From assembly GCA_015068645.1 (NCBI GenBank), contig SVKD01000002.1, positions 55,733-119,732 of the forward strand: a stretch of DNA of 64,000 nt, written 5' to 3'. Source of the stretch: Oscillospiraceae bacterium. GTDB taxonomy: Bacteria; Bacillota; Clostridia; UMGS1840. A program made the position numbers and the translations under genes. The notes below the pieces were generated by a model, which worked only from the letters and a program-made list of their open reading frames with translations, had not been told where the DNA came from and ran no database searches. Of the stretch, positions 10,481 to 20,714 are shown one piece after another (the stretch's first letter is position 1; each line of letters starts with the position of its first letter).

Positions 10481-11653
10481 TTAGATGCGAGCGACACCTG
10501 TGTCGCGTGCAGCCTGAGCCACTGCTTTGGCTACAGTTTCTGCCACTCTGGGATCAAAGGGTGCGGGAATGATATATTCCGGTTTTAATTCCTCGTCGGA
10601 AACTAAAGATGCAATCGCTTTTGATGCGGCAATCTTCATTTCGTCATTGATGTCAGACGCTCTCACGTCCAATGCACCACGGAAAATTCCGGGGAATGCC
10701 AGTACGTTATTGATCTGATTTGCAAAGTCAGAACGTCCGGTACCCATAACTGCGGCACCTGCTTTTAGGGCATCTTCGGGGAAGATTTCGGGAGTGGGAT
10801 TTGCCATTGCCAAAATGATGGGGTCACGGTTCATAGTCTTGATCATTTCTTCGGTGAATGCACCTGCAACGGACACACCAACCAACACGTCCGCACCTTT
10901 GGCAACGTCTGCTAAGGTACCCTGTTTCTTTTCTTTGTTGGTGATTTTTGCAACTTCTACGATTTCGGAGTTTAAGCCTTCTTTGCCTTCGTAAATAACC
11001 CCTTTGGAGTTACACATAATTACGTCTTTCACGCCGGAAGATAACAGCAGTTTCCCGATGGCAACACCTGCAGCGCCGGCACCGTTAATCACAACCACTA
11101 AATCTTCGATTTTTTTGTTGACCAGCTTTACTGCGTTTAACACAGCCGCTAAGCAAACAACGGCGGTACCGTGCTGGTCATCGTGGAATACGGGGATATC
11201 CAGTTCTTTTTTCAGTCTTCTTTCAATTTCAAAGCAACGGGGTCCGGAAATGTCTTCTAAATTGATGCCGCCAAAAGTGGGAGCAATCATTTTTACGGTT
11301 TCCACGATTTTGTCCACATCTTTGGTGGCTAAACAAATCGGAACAGCGTCCACGCCGCCAAAATGCTTAAACAACACTGCTTTTCCTTCCATAACGGGCA
11401 TGCCTGCTTCGGGGCCGATGTCACCTAACCCTAACACAGCGGTACCGTCCGTCACAACAGCAACCAAGTTCCCTTTTCGGGTATATTCATACGCGTTTGA
11501 CACATCTTTGTTGATTTCCAGACAAGGCTCGGCAACACCGGGAGTGTACGCGATGGATAAATCATCTTTGGTTTCTAAGGGGCACAAAGGAGTTACTTCG
11601 ATTTTCCCCTTGAGTGCTTTGTGTAATTTCAAAGCTTCCTGTGCATAATCCAT
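10481..11653 (-). CDS. NAD(P)-dependent malic enzyme (no PTA domain)
   Basis: AYTPGVAEPC, VTDGTAVLGLGDIG, PVMEGKA, INLEDI, FHDDQHGTA, NQINNVLAFPG. Confidence 0.93.
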   Translation of the reverse strand: MDYAQEALKLHKALKGKIEVTPLCPLETKDDLSIAYTPGVAEPCLEINKDVSNAYEYTRKGNLVAVVTDGTAVLGLGDIGPEAGMPVMEGKAVLFKHFGGVDAVPICLATKDVDKIVETVKMIAPTFGGINLEDISGPRCFEIERRLKKELDIPVFHDDQHGTAVVCLAAVLNAVKLVNKKIEDLVVVINGAGAAGVAIGKLLLSSGVKDVIMCNSKGVIYEGKEGLNSEIVEVAKITNKEKKQGTLADVAKGADVLVGVSVAGAFTEEMIKTMNRDPIILAMANPTPEIFPEDALKAGAAVMGTGRSDFANQINNVLAFPGIFRGALDVRASDINDEMKIAASKAIASLVSDEELKPEYIIPAPFDPRVAETVAKAVAQAARDTGVARI

Positions 11654-11708
11654 AGCAATTTACTTCCTTTCTTTAAGATTTCGTTTTATAGTAATTTGAT
11701 ATAGGATT

Positions 11709-12641
11709 TTACGAATGAGTATAAGGTGTTACCTTATCAATATCATAAGGGGTAATCTGATATACACAATAGTTCAGCCAGTTGGAGAACAGTAAAGTTG
11801 CATGGCTTCGCCAACGGTTCACAGGTTTTTTATTGGGATTATCATCGGGATAATAATTGCAGGGAACGTGAATTGGGAGCCCCTTATCCACATCACGGCG
11901 ATATTCCAAATCCAGGGTTTCATTATCGTATTCAGAGTGTCCCATAATGAAAATCTGGCGGTATTTTTTGGTAGTTACCGCATACACACCTGCCTCTTTG
12001 GAGGTGGCAACTAAGCTAAGCTCGGGCACTTTTTTAATATCTGCCTCTCTCACCTCGGTATGGCGGGAATGAGGCGCATAAAAAGTATCTTCAAAGCCAA
12101 AAAACAGTTTCTTATGTTTCTGCAATAACTGATGTTCAAAAATGCCAAACATTTTTTCGGGCAAATCGTATTTCGGAACACCGAAATGATGGTAAAGTCC
12201 TGCCTGAGCACCCCAACAGATATGTAGGGTAGACCAGACGTGTTTGGTGGACCAGTCCATAATTTCCTTTAGCTCGTCCCAGTAGTCCACTTCTTCAAAT
12301 TCCAGCTTTTCCACGGGAGCACCGGTAATAATCATCCCGTCAAAATGCTCTTTCTTAATTTCAGAAAAGCGTTTATAGAAGGTGGAAAGATGCTCCGCGG
12401 AAGTGTTTTTCGATTCGTGAGAATCGGTCATCACCAAGGTGATTTCCACCTGCAGAGGAGAATTCCCCAACAAACGAAGCAGCTGAGTTTCCGTGACGAT
12501 TTTGGTAGGCATCAGATTCAAAATGGCAATCTTTAACGGTCGGATATGCTGACTGCAAGCACGCTTCTCCGACATGACAAAAATATTTTCACCCTCCAGC
12601 GTTTTTCTGGCAGGCAACTCATTTGGTATTTTAATTGGCAT
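11709..12641 (-). CDS. metA: MetA-family homoserine O-acyltransferase, probably acetyltransferase
   Basis: [15 protein letters not shown] catalytic Cys, GHSEY; ITGAPVE has Glu at the specificity position associated with acetyl-CoA use. Confidence 0.92.
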   Translation of the reverse strand: MPIKIPNELPARKTLEGENIFVMSEKRACSQHIRPLKIAILNLMPTKIVTETQLLRLLGNSPLQVEITLVMTDSHESKNTSAEHLSTFYKRFSEIKKEHFDGMIITGAPVEKLEFEEVDYWDELKEIMDWSTKHVWSTLHICWGAQAGLYHHFGVPKYDLPEKMFGIFEHQLLQKHKKLFFGFEDTFYAPHSRHTEVREADIKKVPELSLVATSKEAGVYAVTTKKYRQIFIMGHSEYDNETLDLEYRRDVDKGLPIHVPCNYYPDDNPNKKPVNRWRSHATLLFSNWLNYCVYQITPYDIDKVTPYTHS

Positions 12642-12741
12642 TTTGACACCTCTTTTCCTATTTATACTATATCATAAAATGGCTCAAAAATCAAGCGTTA
12701 AATAAATAACAAAGGGGTTCTTGCAAACTCCGTCAAAAATT

Positions 12742-13740
12742 CTACCCCTTCTTAATCAAAAGTTCCGCCAGACGGTACATGGAATCATAGTCTGCCTCAC
12801 TGATTACATTGGCAGGCGAATGAATATAACGTCCCGGTAACGACAAGGTTGCCGTGGGAACACCGCCGGACACATAGCTAACGGCACCGGCATCGTTTCC
12901 GCCTTTAGTTGTGAGTTTTTTTTGAATGGGAACATTTTTGGCAGTAGCAATCTCCCAAATGAAAGAATTCCAGGCACTATCGGAAACAGATGCACCGTCT
13001 AACACGGACAACGCAACCCCCTCACCCATTTTGGTGGTGGGCTCCGTAGCACCGGGCATATCCGCACAGGTAGTCACTTCCAGCACTACCGCTTTTTCGG
13101 GTGCAATCACAGGAATGGTCATTTTAGCCCCCATAATGCCGATTTCCTCACGGGTGGTAAACACCGCAGTAAAAGAATATTTTTTCGTGAGTAACAGTCC
13201 TAATATGACTGCTACTCCAACACGGTCGTCCAAAGCTTTTGCCTTGATAAGACCGTCCCCAAACTGCACAAAATCGCTCTGCCAGTATATGGGATCTCCA
13301 ATTTTCACCAAACTTTGGGCGTCCTCTTTGGAAGTGGCACCAATATCAATCATCATATCAGGAATTTTCGTTTCTTTATCAGAGGATTTTTCCTGCAAGT
13401 GCTTTGGAATATTACCAATCACACCGGGTATTTTGTTTTTTCCAATCACCACAGGAGTGGAAAACAGAATTCCGTCCGTCACACCACCGATGGCGGCAAA
13501 CTTAATCATGCCGTCGGGACGGATTCCACGTACTCCAAATCCAACTTCGTCCATATGGGCAAACAGCGTAATACGGTTGGGAGTTTTGCCGGTCTGCACA
13601 ATCATGTTGCCCAGCGGGTCTTTTTGGTAAGGAATATCGTGTTCGGTTAAAAGGGTAGTGATAAAATCAATCACCTCATCCTCGTAACCGGAAGTCCCGT
13701 TTAAGGCGGTTAATTGTTTTAATAATGCAATTTTATCCAT
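12742..13740 (-). CDS. M42-family (TET-like) aminopeptidase
   Basis: AHMDEVG, KALDDRVG, REEIG, LEVT, RYIHS metal-binding motifs. Confidence 0.88.
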   Translation of the reverse strand: MDKIALLKQLTALNGTSGYEDEVIDFITTLLTEHDIPYQKDPLGNMIVQTGKTPNRITLFAHMDEVGFGVRGIRPDGMIKFAAIGGVTDGILFSTPVVIGKNKIPGVIGNIPKHLQEKSSDKETKIPDMMIDIGATSKEDAQSLVKIGDPIYWQSDFVQFGDGLIKAKALDDRVGVAVILGLLLTKKYSFTAVFTTREEIGIMGAKMTIPVIAPEKAVVLEVTTCADMPGATEPTTKMGEGVALSVLDGASVSDSAWNSFIWEIATAKNVPIQKKLTTKGGNDAGAVSYVSGGVPTATLSLPGRYIHSPANVISEADYDSMYRLAELLIKKG

Positions 13741-13750
13741 ATTTTACCCC

Positions 13751-14731
13751 CTATCCCAGCGCTGTTTCCCAGTCGTAGATGGCAAGAAAATCAGCCAAAG
13801 AACGCACATCCTGTTCCGACAGGGTTTCCACAGTAGTATGCATATATTTTAGGGGAATAGACAGCATCACCGCAGGAATCCGATGCAATACCGCACGGTA
13901 CGCATTGGTGCCGGGATGGGAAGGTTCCAATTCCGTGTGATAAGGGATATTTTGTTCGGTTAGATACTGCTCAATCTGAGCGGTCAAGCGATTATCTAAA
14001 ATACCGCCGTAGCAAATGCTGAATCCTTGTCCCACAGGGTAGGAACGGCAGGGATTCAATCCCTCAAAATACCCGTGTGTCACATCTAAAATAATGGCTA
14101 AATCAAAGCTTCGATTTCTGAGAAACAGTTCAATCCCCTGAAGACCCCGTTCTTCGCCGATACTGCCAAGCACCGTAACACTCACGTTCTGATTCCATTT
14201 TTCTGCAGCTAAAAGCGCCGCAAGGAAACCGGCACGGTCATCCAGACAGCCGCCGGAGCACTGTCCGTTCGCCAGGGTCTGAAATTTTGTCTTCAGCTTA
14301 ATCGGTGTCCCAACGGGAATCTTTTTAGTAGCGTCTTTTAAGCCGGTATCAATCAGGTACTCTTTTTGTTCTTCCCCTTTTTTGGCAAGATGGGGTGGAA
14401 TTGCACCAATCACGCCATAGATGGGTTCTTCGGTAAGAATGGTAACTTCCTGACAAAGAAGATTTTTTTTATCAATCCCACCGGACATTTCAAAGCGAAC
14501 AAACCCACCGTCTAATACCTGGGACACAACCAGTCCGATTTCGTCAATGTGGGCATCAATCAAAATATGAAAGGACGGATTTTCCGCCTTTTTTTCTGCA
14601 AAAATATTGCCGTAGGCATCGGTTTGGGGGATTAAGCCAAACTGACGAAAGATTTCAAAAAATTGGTCTTTTCCCATTTTTTCGTAACCCGACACGGCAG
14701 GAATTTTAGATAATGTTTCAAGTTGTTTCAA
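13751..14731 (-). CDS. M42-family (TET-like) aminopeptidase, second paralogue
   Basis: AHIDEIG, LDDRAG, GEERG, LDVT, YMHT; TTG start at 14731 follows a GAAAGGAAG RBS. Confidence 0.85.
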   Translation of the reverse strand: MKQLETLSKIPAVSGYEKMGKDQFFEIFRQFGLIPQTDAYGNIFAEKKAENPSFHILIDAHIDEIGLVVSQVLDGGFVRFEMSGGIDKKNLLCQEVTILTEEPIYGVIGAIPPHLAKKGEEQKEYLIDTGLKDATKKIPVGTPIKLKTKFQTLANGQCSGGCLDDRAGFLAALLAAEKWNQNVSVTVLGSIGEERGLQGIELFLRNRSFDLAIILDVTHGYFEGLNPCRSYPVGQGFSICYGGILDNRLTAQIEQYLTEQNIPYHTELEPSHPGTNAYRAVLHRIPAVMLSIPLKYMHTTVETLSEQDVRSLADFLAIYDWETALG

Positions 14732-14753
14732 AATATACTTCCTTTCGGAATAA

Positions 14754-14877
14754 AATAGTGAATAGCGAAGAATGAAAAATGAAGAATTATGGTAGGTTGG
14801 CGAAGCCAACCATTATACGATGCAGGCTCTGCCTGCCACCGCAATTATTCATTATTCACTATTCATTCTTCATTGTT
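14754..14877. repeat. Family A element; supplies the last murD codons and stop
   Basis: Same arms and GCCTGCCACCGCAATT core; overlaps murD NNEE-stop. Confidence 0.8.
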
Positions 14878-16218
14878 TAAAGATTTTACAAAATCTTTAA
14901 ACAACCGTCCTCTTTCCATAAAGTTTTTGAAAAAGTCAAAACTTGCACAGGCAGGCGATAACATCACCACATCACCTGCTTCGGCTTGTGCATAGGCTTT
15001 ATGCACGGCATCTTCCAAGTTTTCTGCCACGCTGATGGGGAACTCGGGGTTCTCATTCAGCACAGCGGACTTGATCTTGTCTTTGGTGTGTCCCATTACC
15101 ACCAAATGTTTCACGCGGTCAACTACTTCCTTGGCATAGGAATCAAAGGGAATATTTTTGTCACTTCCCCCTGCAATCACAATAATTTTCTGGTCGAAAG
15201 AATGTAACCCTGCGATGGCACGGGAGGGGCTGGATGCGATGGAATCATTATAAAAACGAATGCCATTTAACTCACGCACAAATTCGATACGGTGTTCCAC
15301 ACCGCCAAATTCTTTTGCCACTTGTTTGACATAAGCTAAATCGCACAGAGGGCTAACCGCACAGGTTGCCGCCAGATAGTTATCCACATTGTGAATACCG
15401 GGGAGCAGAATATCTTCGGTTTTCATTACCTCTTTGCCGTTAAAATACACGGCGTCACCCTGTAAGTATGCCCCATTTTTTACAGGTTGTTTCAAGCTGA
15501 AAGAAAGAGAATTTTCCCCGATAAATTCTTTTGTGATGTCGTTTTCTAAATTAAACACGGTTATTTTGCTACCGTGACGGAAAAGGTTGGTCTTTGCCTC
15601 AACGTATTCAGCCATATCAGTGTGTTTGTCTAAATGATTGGGCGCTAAGTTGGTTACCACAGCGATATCGGCACTTTTTTGCATGGTCATAAGCTGGAAC
15701 GAAGATAATTCCACAATCACAAGATGATCTTCCTTGATCTGGGAAAGTTCGGGCAACAGAGGATTTCCGATGTTACCGCCTAAATGACAGGTGTAGCCTG
15801 CCTTTTTTAAGATTTCATAAATTAAGGTGGTGGTGGTGGTTTTGCCGTCACTACCCGTGATGCCGATAATCTTGGCAGGGCACAGGTCAAAGAACAGCTC
15901 CATTTCGGAAGTGAGTTCGGCTCCACGAGCAGTTGCGTTCACGATTTCCAAAGAAGTTGGCATAATACCGGGAGAACGGAAAATTACGTCTTCGGTGAGA
16001 TTGTTAAGATAGTCATCCCCCGAAATCATGGGTAAGTTATTTGCTTCGGCAAGTGCTACTGCTTCGGGTGACGGGTTTTTATCACGAAGGGTTATTTTGG
16101 TAACACCATGTTCCAACAGAAAGGTTACCAAAGGAAGATTACTTACCCCAACCCCTAACACTGTGACAGTTTTATTGGATAATTGTTCTGTTACATCTGC
16201 TAAATTTTTAAATCTCAT
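14863..16218 (-). CDS. murD: UDP-N-acetylmuramoyl-L-alanine--D-glutamate ligase
   Basis: GITGSDGKTTTT, GGNIG, ELSSFQL, NLAPNHLD, NDSIAS, LSPACASFD. Confidence 0.95.
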   Translation of the reverse strand: MRFKNLADVTEQLSNKTVTVLGVGVSNLPLVTFLLEHGVTKITLRDKNPSPEAVALAEANNLPMISGDDYLNNLTEDVIFRSPGIMPTSLEIVNATARGAELTSEMELFFDLCPAKIIGITGSDGKTTTTTLIYEILKKAGYTCHLGGNIGNPLLPELSQIKEDHLVIVELSSFQLMTMQKSADIAVVTNLAPNHLDKHTDMAEYVEAKTNLFRHGSKITVFNLENDITKEFIGENSLSFSLKQPVKNGAYLQGDAVYFNGKEVMKTEDILLPGIHNVDNYLAATCAVSPLCDLAYVKQVAKEFGGVEHRIEFVRELNGIRFYNDSIASSPSRAIAGLHSFDQKIIVIAGGSDKNIPFDSYAKEVVDRVKHLVVMGHTKDKIKSAVLNENPEFPISVAENLEDAVHKAYAQAEAGDVVMLSPACASFDFFKNFMERGRLFKDFVKSLNNEE

Positions 16219-16319
16219 CGTTTGCTACGCCCTTTCTCCCTTGGTTTTAACCAATATATTCTTATTGTATATTATAATACTTTTAGCATCTGTTTGCAAG
16301 GGGTTTGGGAAAAATTAAA

Positions 16320-16372
16320 GAAGAAATAATGAGGAAGAAAGAATAAATGCGGTGGCATCCTACGGATGCATT
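16320..16372. repeat. Partial family A element
   Basis: AATGAGGAAGAAAGAATAAATGCGGTGGCATCC-TAC-GGATGC. Confidence 0.55.
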
Positions 16373-16399
16373 GTAGGGGAGGGTTTCCACCCCCTCCCG
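16373..16399 (+). repeat. GTAG-type REP
   Basis: GTAG followed by GGGAGGG...CCCTCCC hairpin. Confidence 0.7.
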
Positions 16400-16422
16400 T
16401 GTATGGTTCCGCAAACACATTC

Positions 16423-16520
16423 GTAGGGGACGGTGCCCACACCGTCCCGTTTTATCACAATATATTGCATAATGTTGTGCAATCTTCAAAAAACGGACAG
16501 ATGTGGGCATCTGTCCCTAC
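16423..16520. repeat. Inverted GTAG-REP doublet (REPIN-like)
   Basis: GTAGGGGACGGTGCCCACACCGTCCCG ... CGGACAGATGTGGGCATCTGTCCCTAC. Confidence 0.8.
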
Positions 16521-16583
16521 AAAACAAAACGATCACAATATCTACATTGGTAGGGGACGATTCCAAATGGAGGAGACGAAAAA

Positions 16584-16754
16584 GGCTTCCCCTTGAGGGG
16601 AGGCTCCGCCGCAGGCGGTGGTGAGGTGGAATTGAGGGGAACAGCCTTTAAAATGTTCCGAAAACACAACATTCGGTTCGTCGGAAAACGCCGAACCCTA
16701 CAACACCTCATCCGAGTTTGCTTCGCAAACCCACCTTCCCCTCAAGGGGAAGGC
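16584..16754. repeat. Inverted family B doublet enclosing a GTAG-REP (16676-16701)
   Basis: CTTCCCCTTGAGGGGAGG...GTGAGGTG and CACCTCATCC...CCTTCCCCTCAAGGGGAAGG. Confidence 0.75.
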
Positions 16755-16814
16755 TTTGTTGAAATGTGATACATAAAACCATAGTGCAGAAAAATGGATG
16801 TACCCATAAACTCA

Positions 16815-17059
16815 GGTGAAGAGAAGATGGCTCAGAACGGACAAACTGAGCCAAAGCTGTAGTACTGCGTACAGCATAACTGTACAGCGAGCGGTGAAAT
16901 TTACGGATTGGGCACAATTTTGTGCAGTCAACCTAAGCGCAGGGAAAATTGATGCAGAATTTGGAAATCGAAAGAAAACCATTGGTTTTCTCTTCCCGAA
17001 GCTGTACTGTGTGTACAGCGAGCGGTGAGATTCACGGATTGGGCACAATTTTCACAAGC
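16815..17059 (+). repeat. Two tandem family C copies
   Basis: Cores GCTGTA...GTACAGCGAGCGGTGA at about 16858 and 17000; TTTTCACAAGC terminus next to a terminator. Confidence 0.75.
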
Positions 17060-17096
17060 AAAAAAAGAGGAAACCCAATTGGATTTCCTCTCTTTT
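17060..17096. terminator. Intrinsic terminator of the surface-protein/peptide operon
   Basis: AAAAAGAGGAAA-CC...GG-TTTCCTCTCTTTT hairpin. Confidence 0.75.
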
Positions 17097-17126
17097 ATTT
17101 CTGTTATTCAATTAATTAACAGGCAA

Positions 17127-17288
17127 TTAGATCTGAGAACCTTCGTCTAACAGAGCCATGTTGTAAGTGGTGGTGATTTTACCATCAGTAGTGGTTACAA
17201 CAGCGGTTTCTAACGGATTGGTGTAAGATACAGCTTCATTAGCCTGTAAGGAAATAATTTCAACAGAAGGGCAAACATAATTTTTCAT
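17127..17288 (-). CDS. 53-aa peptide with YxxP (RRE-recognition-like) leader
   Basis: MKNYVCPSVEIISLQANEAVS-YTNPLETAVVTTTDGKITTTYNMALLDEGSQI; strong AAGGAGG RBS; last gene before a terminator. Confidence 0.75.
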   Translation of the reverse strand: MKNYVCPSVEIISLQANEAVSYTNPLETAVVTTTDGKITTTYNMALLDEGSQI

Positions 17289-17310
17289 CTCTATATATCC
17301 TCCTTTAAAA

Positions 17311-18165
17311 TTATTCAACTACTACGGTGAAGGTAGTGTCAGCGATGATAGTATCGTTAGCGAAGAAGTTTAATACTTTAGTACCAGTATGAACGTTTTC
17401 TAAAACGATTTCGAAGGTACCGTCCCAGTTACCGAAGGTGAAGGTGGTAACGCCGTCGTTGCCATCGGAAACGGTATCGCCGTCCATAGCGCCATAGTAT
17501 TTCTGAGCTCTTGCGCCTTCTACGGTAGATTCTTTGGTGAATTCTACACCGTAGTTGGTAACGGTAGCGTCAACTTTACCTGCACAGGTAATGGTGGTGC
17601 CAGCTGCAGTTGCAGAGAAGGCAGAACCACCATCAACTTCGAGAGTAAAGTAAGCGGGGTTATTTACAGAAGTAAACTTAGCACCAGCAGTCTGACCAGC
17701 TACAGTATAACCAGCAGAGGTGGGGATTTTAGATGCGGTTAAAGCTTTGTCACCATAAGCAAAATCAGCTTCGGTTAATTTGGTAGCTGCATCAACTTTG
17801 TTAACAGTGTAAGAAACTGCTAATAAAGTACCTTTTTCAGTAACATAATTACCTAAATCAGAGAAAGAACCGATCATTTTAATCTGACCAGGTTTATTCT
17901 GGGTGTCATTCAGAACACAAGTAGCAAATTTTTCGCCTAAAACTGCAGAACCTTCAACATAAGTTGCAGCTGTAGTTAACAGAATGGAGTTGAAACCAGC
18001 ACAAGCGTTAACATTGGTAACATAAACTTCAACAGTTGCAGTAGCGCCGTTATCTGTAATCACGGTATGCATACCACCGTCTTTATGAGGATCAGCAGCG
18101 AAAGATACCAGAGATAAAGAAGCCAGCATAGCCACTACTAATAAGAGTGAAAATACTTTTTTCAT
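17311..18165 (-). CDS. Secreted protein with a cohesin-like beta-sandwich domain
   Basis: Signal peptide ending SFA; VEVYVTNV..AGF...GQIKM...GTLLAVSYTV pattern resembles cohesin folds. Confidence 0.6.
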   Translation of the reverse strand: MKKVFSLLLVVAMLASLSLVSFAADPHKDGGMHTVITDNGATATVEVYVTNVNACAGFNSILLTTAATYVEGSAVLGEKFATCVLNDTQNKPGQIKMIGSFSDLGNYVTEKGTLLAVSYTVNKVDAATKLTEADFAYGDKALTASKIPTSAGYTVAGQTAGAKFTSVNNPAYFTLEVDGGSAFSATAAGTTITCAGKVDATVTNYGVEFTKESTVEGARAQKYYGAMDGDTVSDGNDGVTTFTFGNWDGTFEIVLENVHTGTKVLNFFANDTIIADTTFTVVVE

Positions 18166-18205
18166 TGTAATCAATTTCCTTTCAAAATTATAATTGAACT
18201 AAATC

Positions 18206-19129
18206 TTACAGATTGTCGTTAATGAAATCTGTACCGTAGTCATACAGAGACAGACCGTTATTTCCTAACAGAACGGCAATATCACCGCCATCGATGAATA
18301 AGTCATGTACAACGTCATAACCAGCAACAGTAGCGCCTTCAGTGATATCTAAACCGTTAACGTCCAACACTGTAGCAATGTCACTACCGTCGATAAAGAA
18401 GTCTTTTGCACCGATTACGTCACCGAACAGCATATCAACAGCGCCCATGTCTACGTCAGCATCTTCAACAGTTGCATATTCCATATAGGGTAATGCAGCG
18501 TCTCTGGTGATAACAACAGCATATGCGCCAGCTTCTAAGCCTTCGAATGCGTAGGTACCGTCAACGATTTCAACGGTTGCGATGGGATTGATGATGAGTT
18601 CATCACCATAGTTTCCAGCAAATTCCAGAGCTTCGTCCACAGTTACTAAGTGAGCAAAAGTTCCGTATGCTGCTTTGTAAGCGTCTAAATCTTCTTCTGC
18701 AACGATTTCGTCAGCAACTAACATATCATAGTAGTCAGCTTCTACGAAATTGTTAACAGAACCGCTTACGGTGTAGGTATCAGCTTCTTTTTCAAAGAAA
18801 ATGGTACCAACTTCCTGTTTGTCGATGGCTTCGCCACCCATAACAACTTTAACGTTTTCAGTTAATTCATCTTTTAACTGGAAAGTAAAGCTGTCTGCTG
18901 CTTCCTGATTGATGTACTGGATAGAACCAACATCGATAGTGTCGCCTTTGTAAGCAACGATGGTGGTCTGTTTACCAGCATTCGCAGTAGCAGCTTCGCT
19001 GGATAAAGTTGCGGTATAGGTAGTGCCGTCTGCGTTCAGAGCGATTTCATCAGAAAAAGCTGCAAAAGAAGTCATAGACATGCTACCAACCACTGCTAAA
19101 CCAGCGAGTAAAGCGATGAGTCTTTTCAT
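18206..19129 (-). CDS. Secreted protein ending in an X-module plus type II-like dockerin
   Basis: Signal peptide; GTYAFEGLEAGAYAVVITR module; duplicated GDVIGAKDFFIDGSDIATVL and GYDVVHDLFIDGGDIAVLL repeats. Confidence 0.7.
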   Translation of the reverse strand: MKRLIALLAGLAVVGSMSMTSFAAFSDEIALNADGTTYTATLSSEAATANAGKQTTIVAYKGDTIDVGSIQYINQEAADSFTFQLKDELTENVKVVMGGEAIDKQEVGTIFFEKEADTYTVSGSVNNFVEADYYDMLVADEIVAEEDLDAYKAAYGTFAHLVTVDEALEFAGNYGDELIINPIATVEIVDGTYAFEGLEAGAYAVVITRDAALPYMEYATVEDADVDMGAVDMLFGDVIGAKDFFIDGSDIATVLDVNGLDITEGATVAGYDVVHDLFIDGGDIAVLLGNNGLSLYDYGTDFINDNL

Positions 19130-19381
19130 AGTTTTTCTCCTTTACTTTTTTTCCGGGGGAAAAAACCCGGGTATATTTATTTTTTTTTAAACAAAGTAAT
19201 ATATTCATTTCTTTGATACCAAAGAATTTTTTTGGAATAGTCAAAGAAAGAATCGCCAAGTGTTTTTGCAATCCCCACATCCGTCTTCCTGCATCTTTAC
19301 TCCATTGCAAAACAACGGCGGAGATTTTAGATTTGTCTTTCGATAAGGAAAGAAATAAGCGGTATTTCTAAGATAATTTGA

Positions 19382-20653
19382 TTACTGAACGCTTGCGTAA
19401 GCGTAATCACGCAAGGTCAGCATCAGCATAATTTCAGACATTAACTGTTTTTCAACATCTTTTTCTGCATTCCAGGGATAGTTTGCAGGAGAAACGATTA
19501 CCATTCTCTGTGCATTTAACCACTGAACATCACAGTTTAATGCTTCTGCTACCGCACGCAAGGGAACGAAGGTTCTGTCCTGAGAAATCTCGGGAGCAAC
19601 GTCCATGGTTTTTTTCAAACCGTCATTGGTGTAGGTAGTGGAGCCAATCTGGAATACCAGTTTGGTTCTTTCATTTTCAATTAAAATTTCTTTGGTTTCT
19701 TCCACATAACTTACTTTGCATTTTAATTCTTCTGCAATGTAGCGCAGGGGAATCATAGTTCTGTCATCTTTAATATAAGGTTTAACGTCTTTGTTGTCTT
19801 TATCTACCCATTTTAAAGTACCGTTCCCAACAGTACCGTAGTTGTTAATCTGCAAAAATACTACGTTTTCTGCTCTTAATTGTTTACGGGTTACCATATC
19901 AAGATTTGCAGTGCTGTCGGAGCTGGTAATATCATTTACGCCAGTTACATCAGAAGAATCTGTTTTGCCATCGGGATAGTTAAATTCCACAGCACAATTC
20001 TGCATACCATAAGAATTAACTACCATCATGCCACCTGTTATCACATTGCTCTCTGCTAATTTAAATTCTACAGGAGCATCGGTTAATTTTTTCATAGTGA
20101 TTCGGATAATTCCCAAACCGTTTTCGTCAGCTAATGCCTGGAATTTATCAGATACAACAGAGTTGGGCGCAACCTTGGTATCTGTTATGCTGAACAATGC
20201 TAAAATACCGTTTGCTGCTTTGGAACCTTTGAAAGACTGCCAGTCAGCAATTTCTTCCCCGGTTTCTAAATCTTTTGCCACAACAGGACAAGATAAAGCT
20301 TCCATTAAATCAGTGGTAACTTCTTTGGTATCTTTATTTACAGGAGCAACTACTTCCGGGTCATAGGAAACGGTAGAAATGATACCTTTGTATGTAGCGT
20401 TATATAAAGTGATATCAACAGTGAAGAATCCGTCTGCATCGGGAGCGGATACATCAAATACTACTTTTGCCTTATCGGCTACCGGTGCTTCTGCAACGGG
20501 TGCATCTCCGGCTTCTTCGGAAATCAGCATGATATCTCCCTGAATTTCTTCAATTGTGCCATCTTCTACCGGCTCATTTGCAAATGCCATGCAGGAGCAG
20601 GAGAGGATTAATACCATCATCAATGCGAACAGTTTCTTTGCCATTGGAATCAT
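19382..20653 (-). CDS. Secreted type II-like cohesin fused to a copper amine oxidase N-terminal (stalk) domain
   Basis: YDPEVVAPV..DTKE, NGIL, GIIRITMKKL cohesin pattern; PYIKDDRTMIPLRYIAE and DRTFVPLRAVAEAL stalk motifs. Confidence 0.72.
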   Translation of the reverse strand: MIPMAKKLFALMMVLILSCSCMAFANEPVEDGTIEEIQGDIMLISEEAGDAPVAEAPVADKAKVVFDVSAPDADGFFTVDITLYNATYKGIISTVSYDPEVVAPVNKDTKEVTTDLMEALSCPVVAKDLETGEEIADWQSFKGSKAANGILALFSITDTKVAPNSVVSDKFQALADENGLGIIRITMKKLTDAPVEFKLAESNVITGGMMVVNSYGMQNCAVEFNYPDGKTDSSDVTGVNDITSSDSTANLDMVTRKQLRAENVVFLQINNYGTVGNGTLKWVDKDNKDVKPYIKDDRTMIPLRYIAEELKCKVSYVEETKEILIENERTKLVFQIGSTTYTNDGLKKTMDVAPEISQDRTFVPLRAVAEALNCDVQWLNAQRMVIVSPANYPWNAEKDVEKQLMSEIMLMLTLRDYAYASVQ

Positions 20654-20714
20654 ACCTTTCTGTTTGTAGTTTTCCTCAAAGAAAATTTCTTTCTCCGAGG
20701 GTTTCTCATCAAAA

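Noticed and set aside
10527-11648. Long antisense ORFs inside core genes (for example 11004-11648, 12926-13630, 30919-31359, 55323-55775)
   Set aside because: Shadow frames of biased coding sequence with no motif, RBS or domain support.
16283-17048. Short ORFs in the repeat mosaic (also 6526-6970, 33350-33577, 39255-39631, 47687-47965, 58060-58299)
   Set aside because: They are translations of repeat DNA; peptides such as GQMWASVPT and AVRFTD recur wherever the repeats occur.
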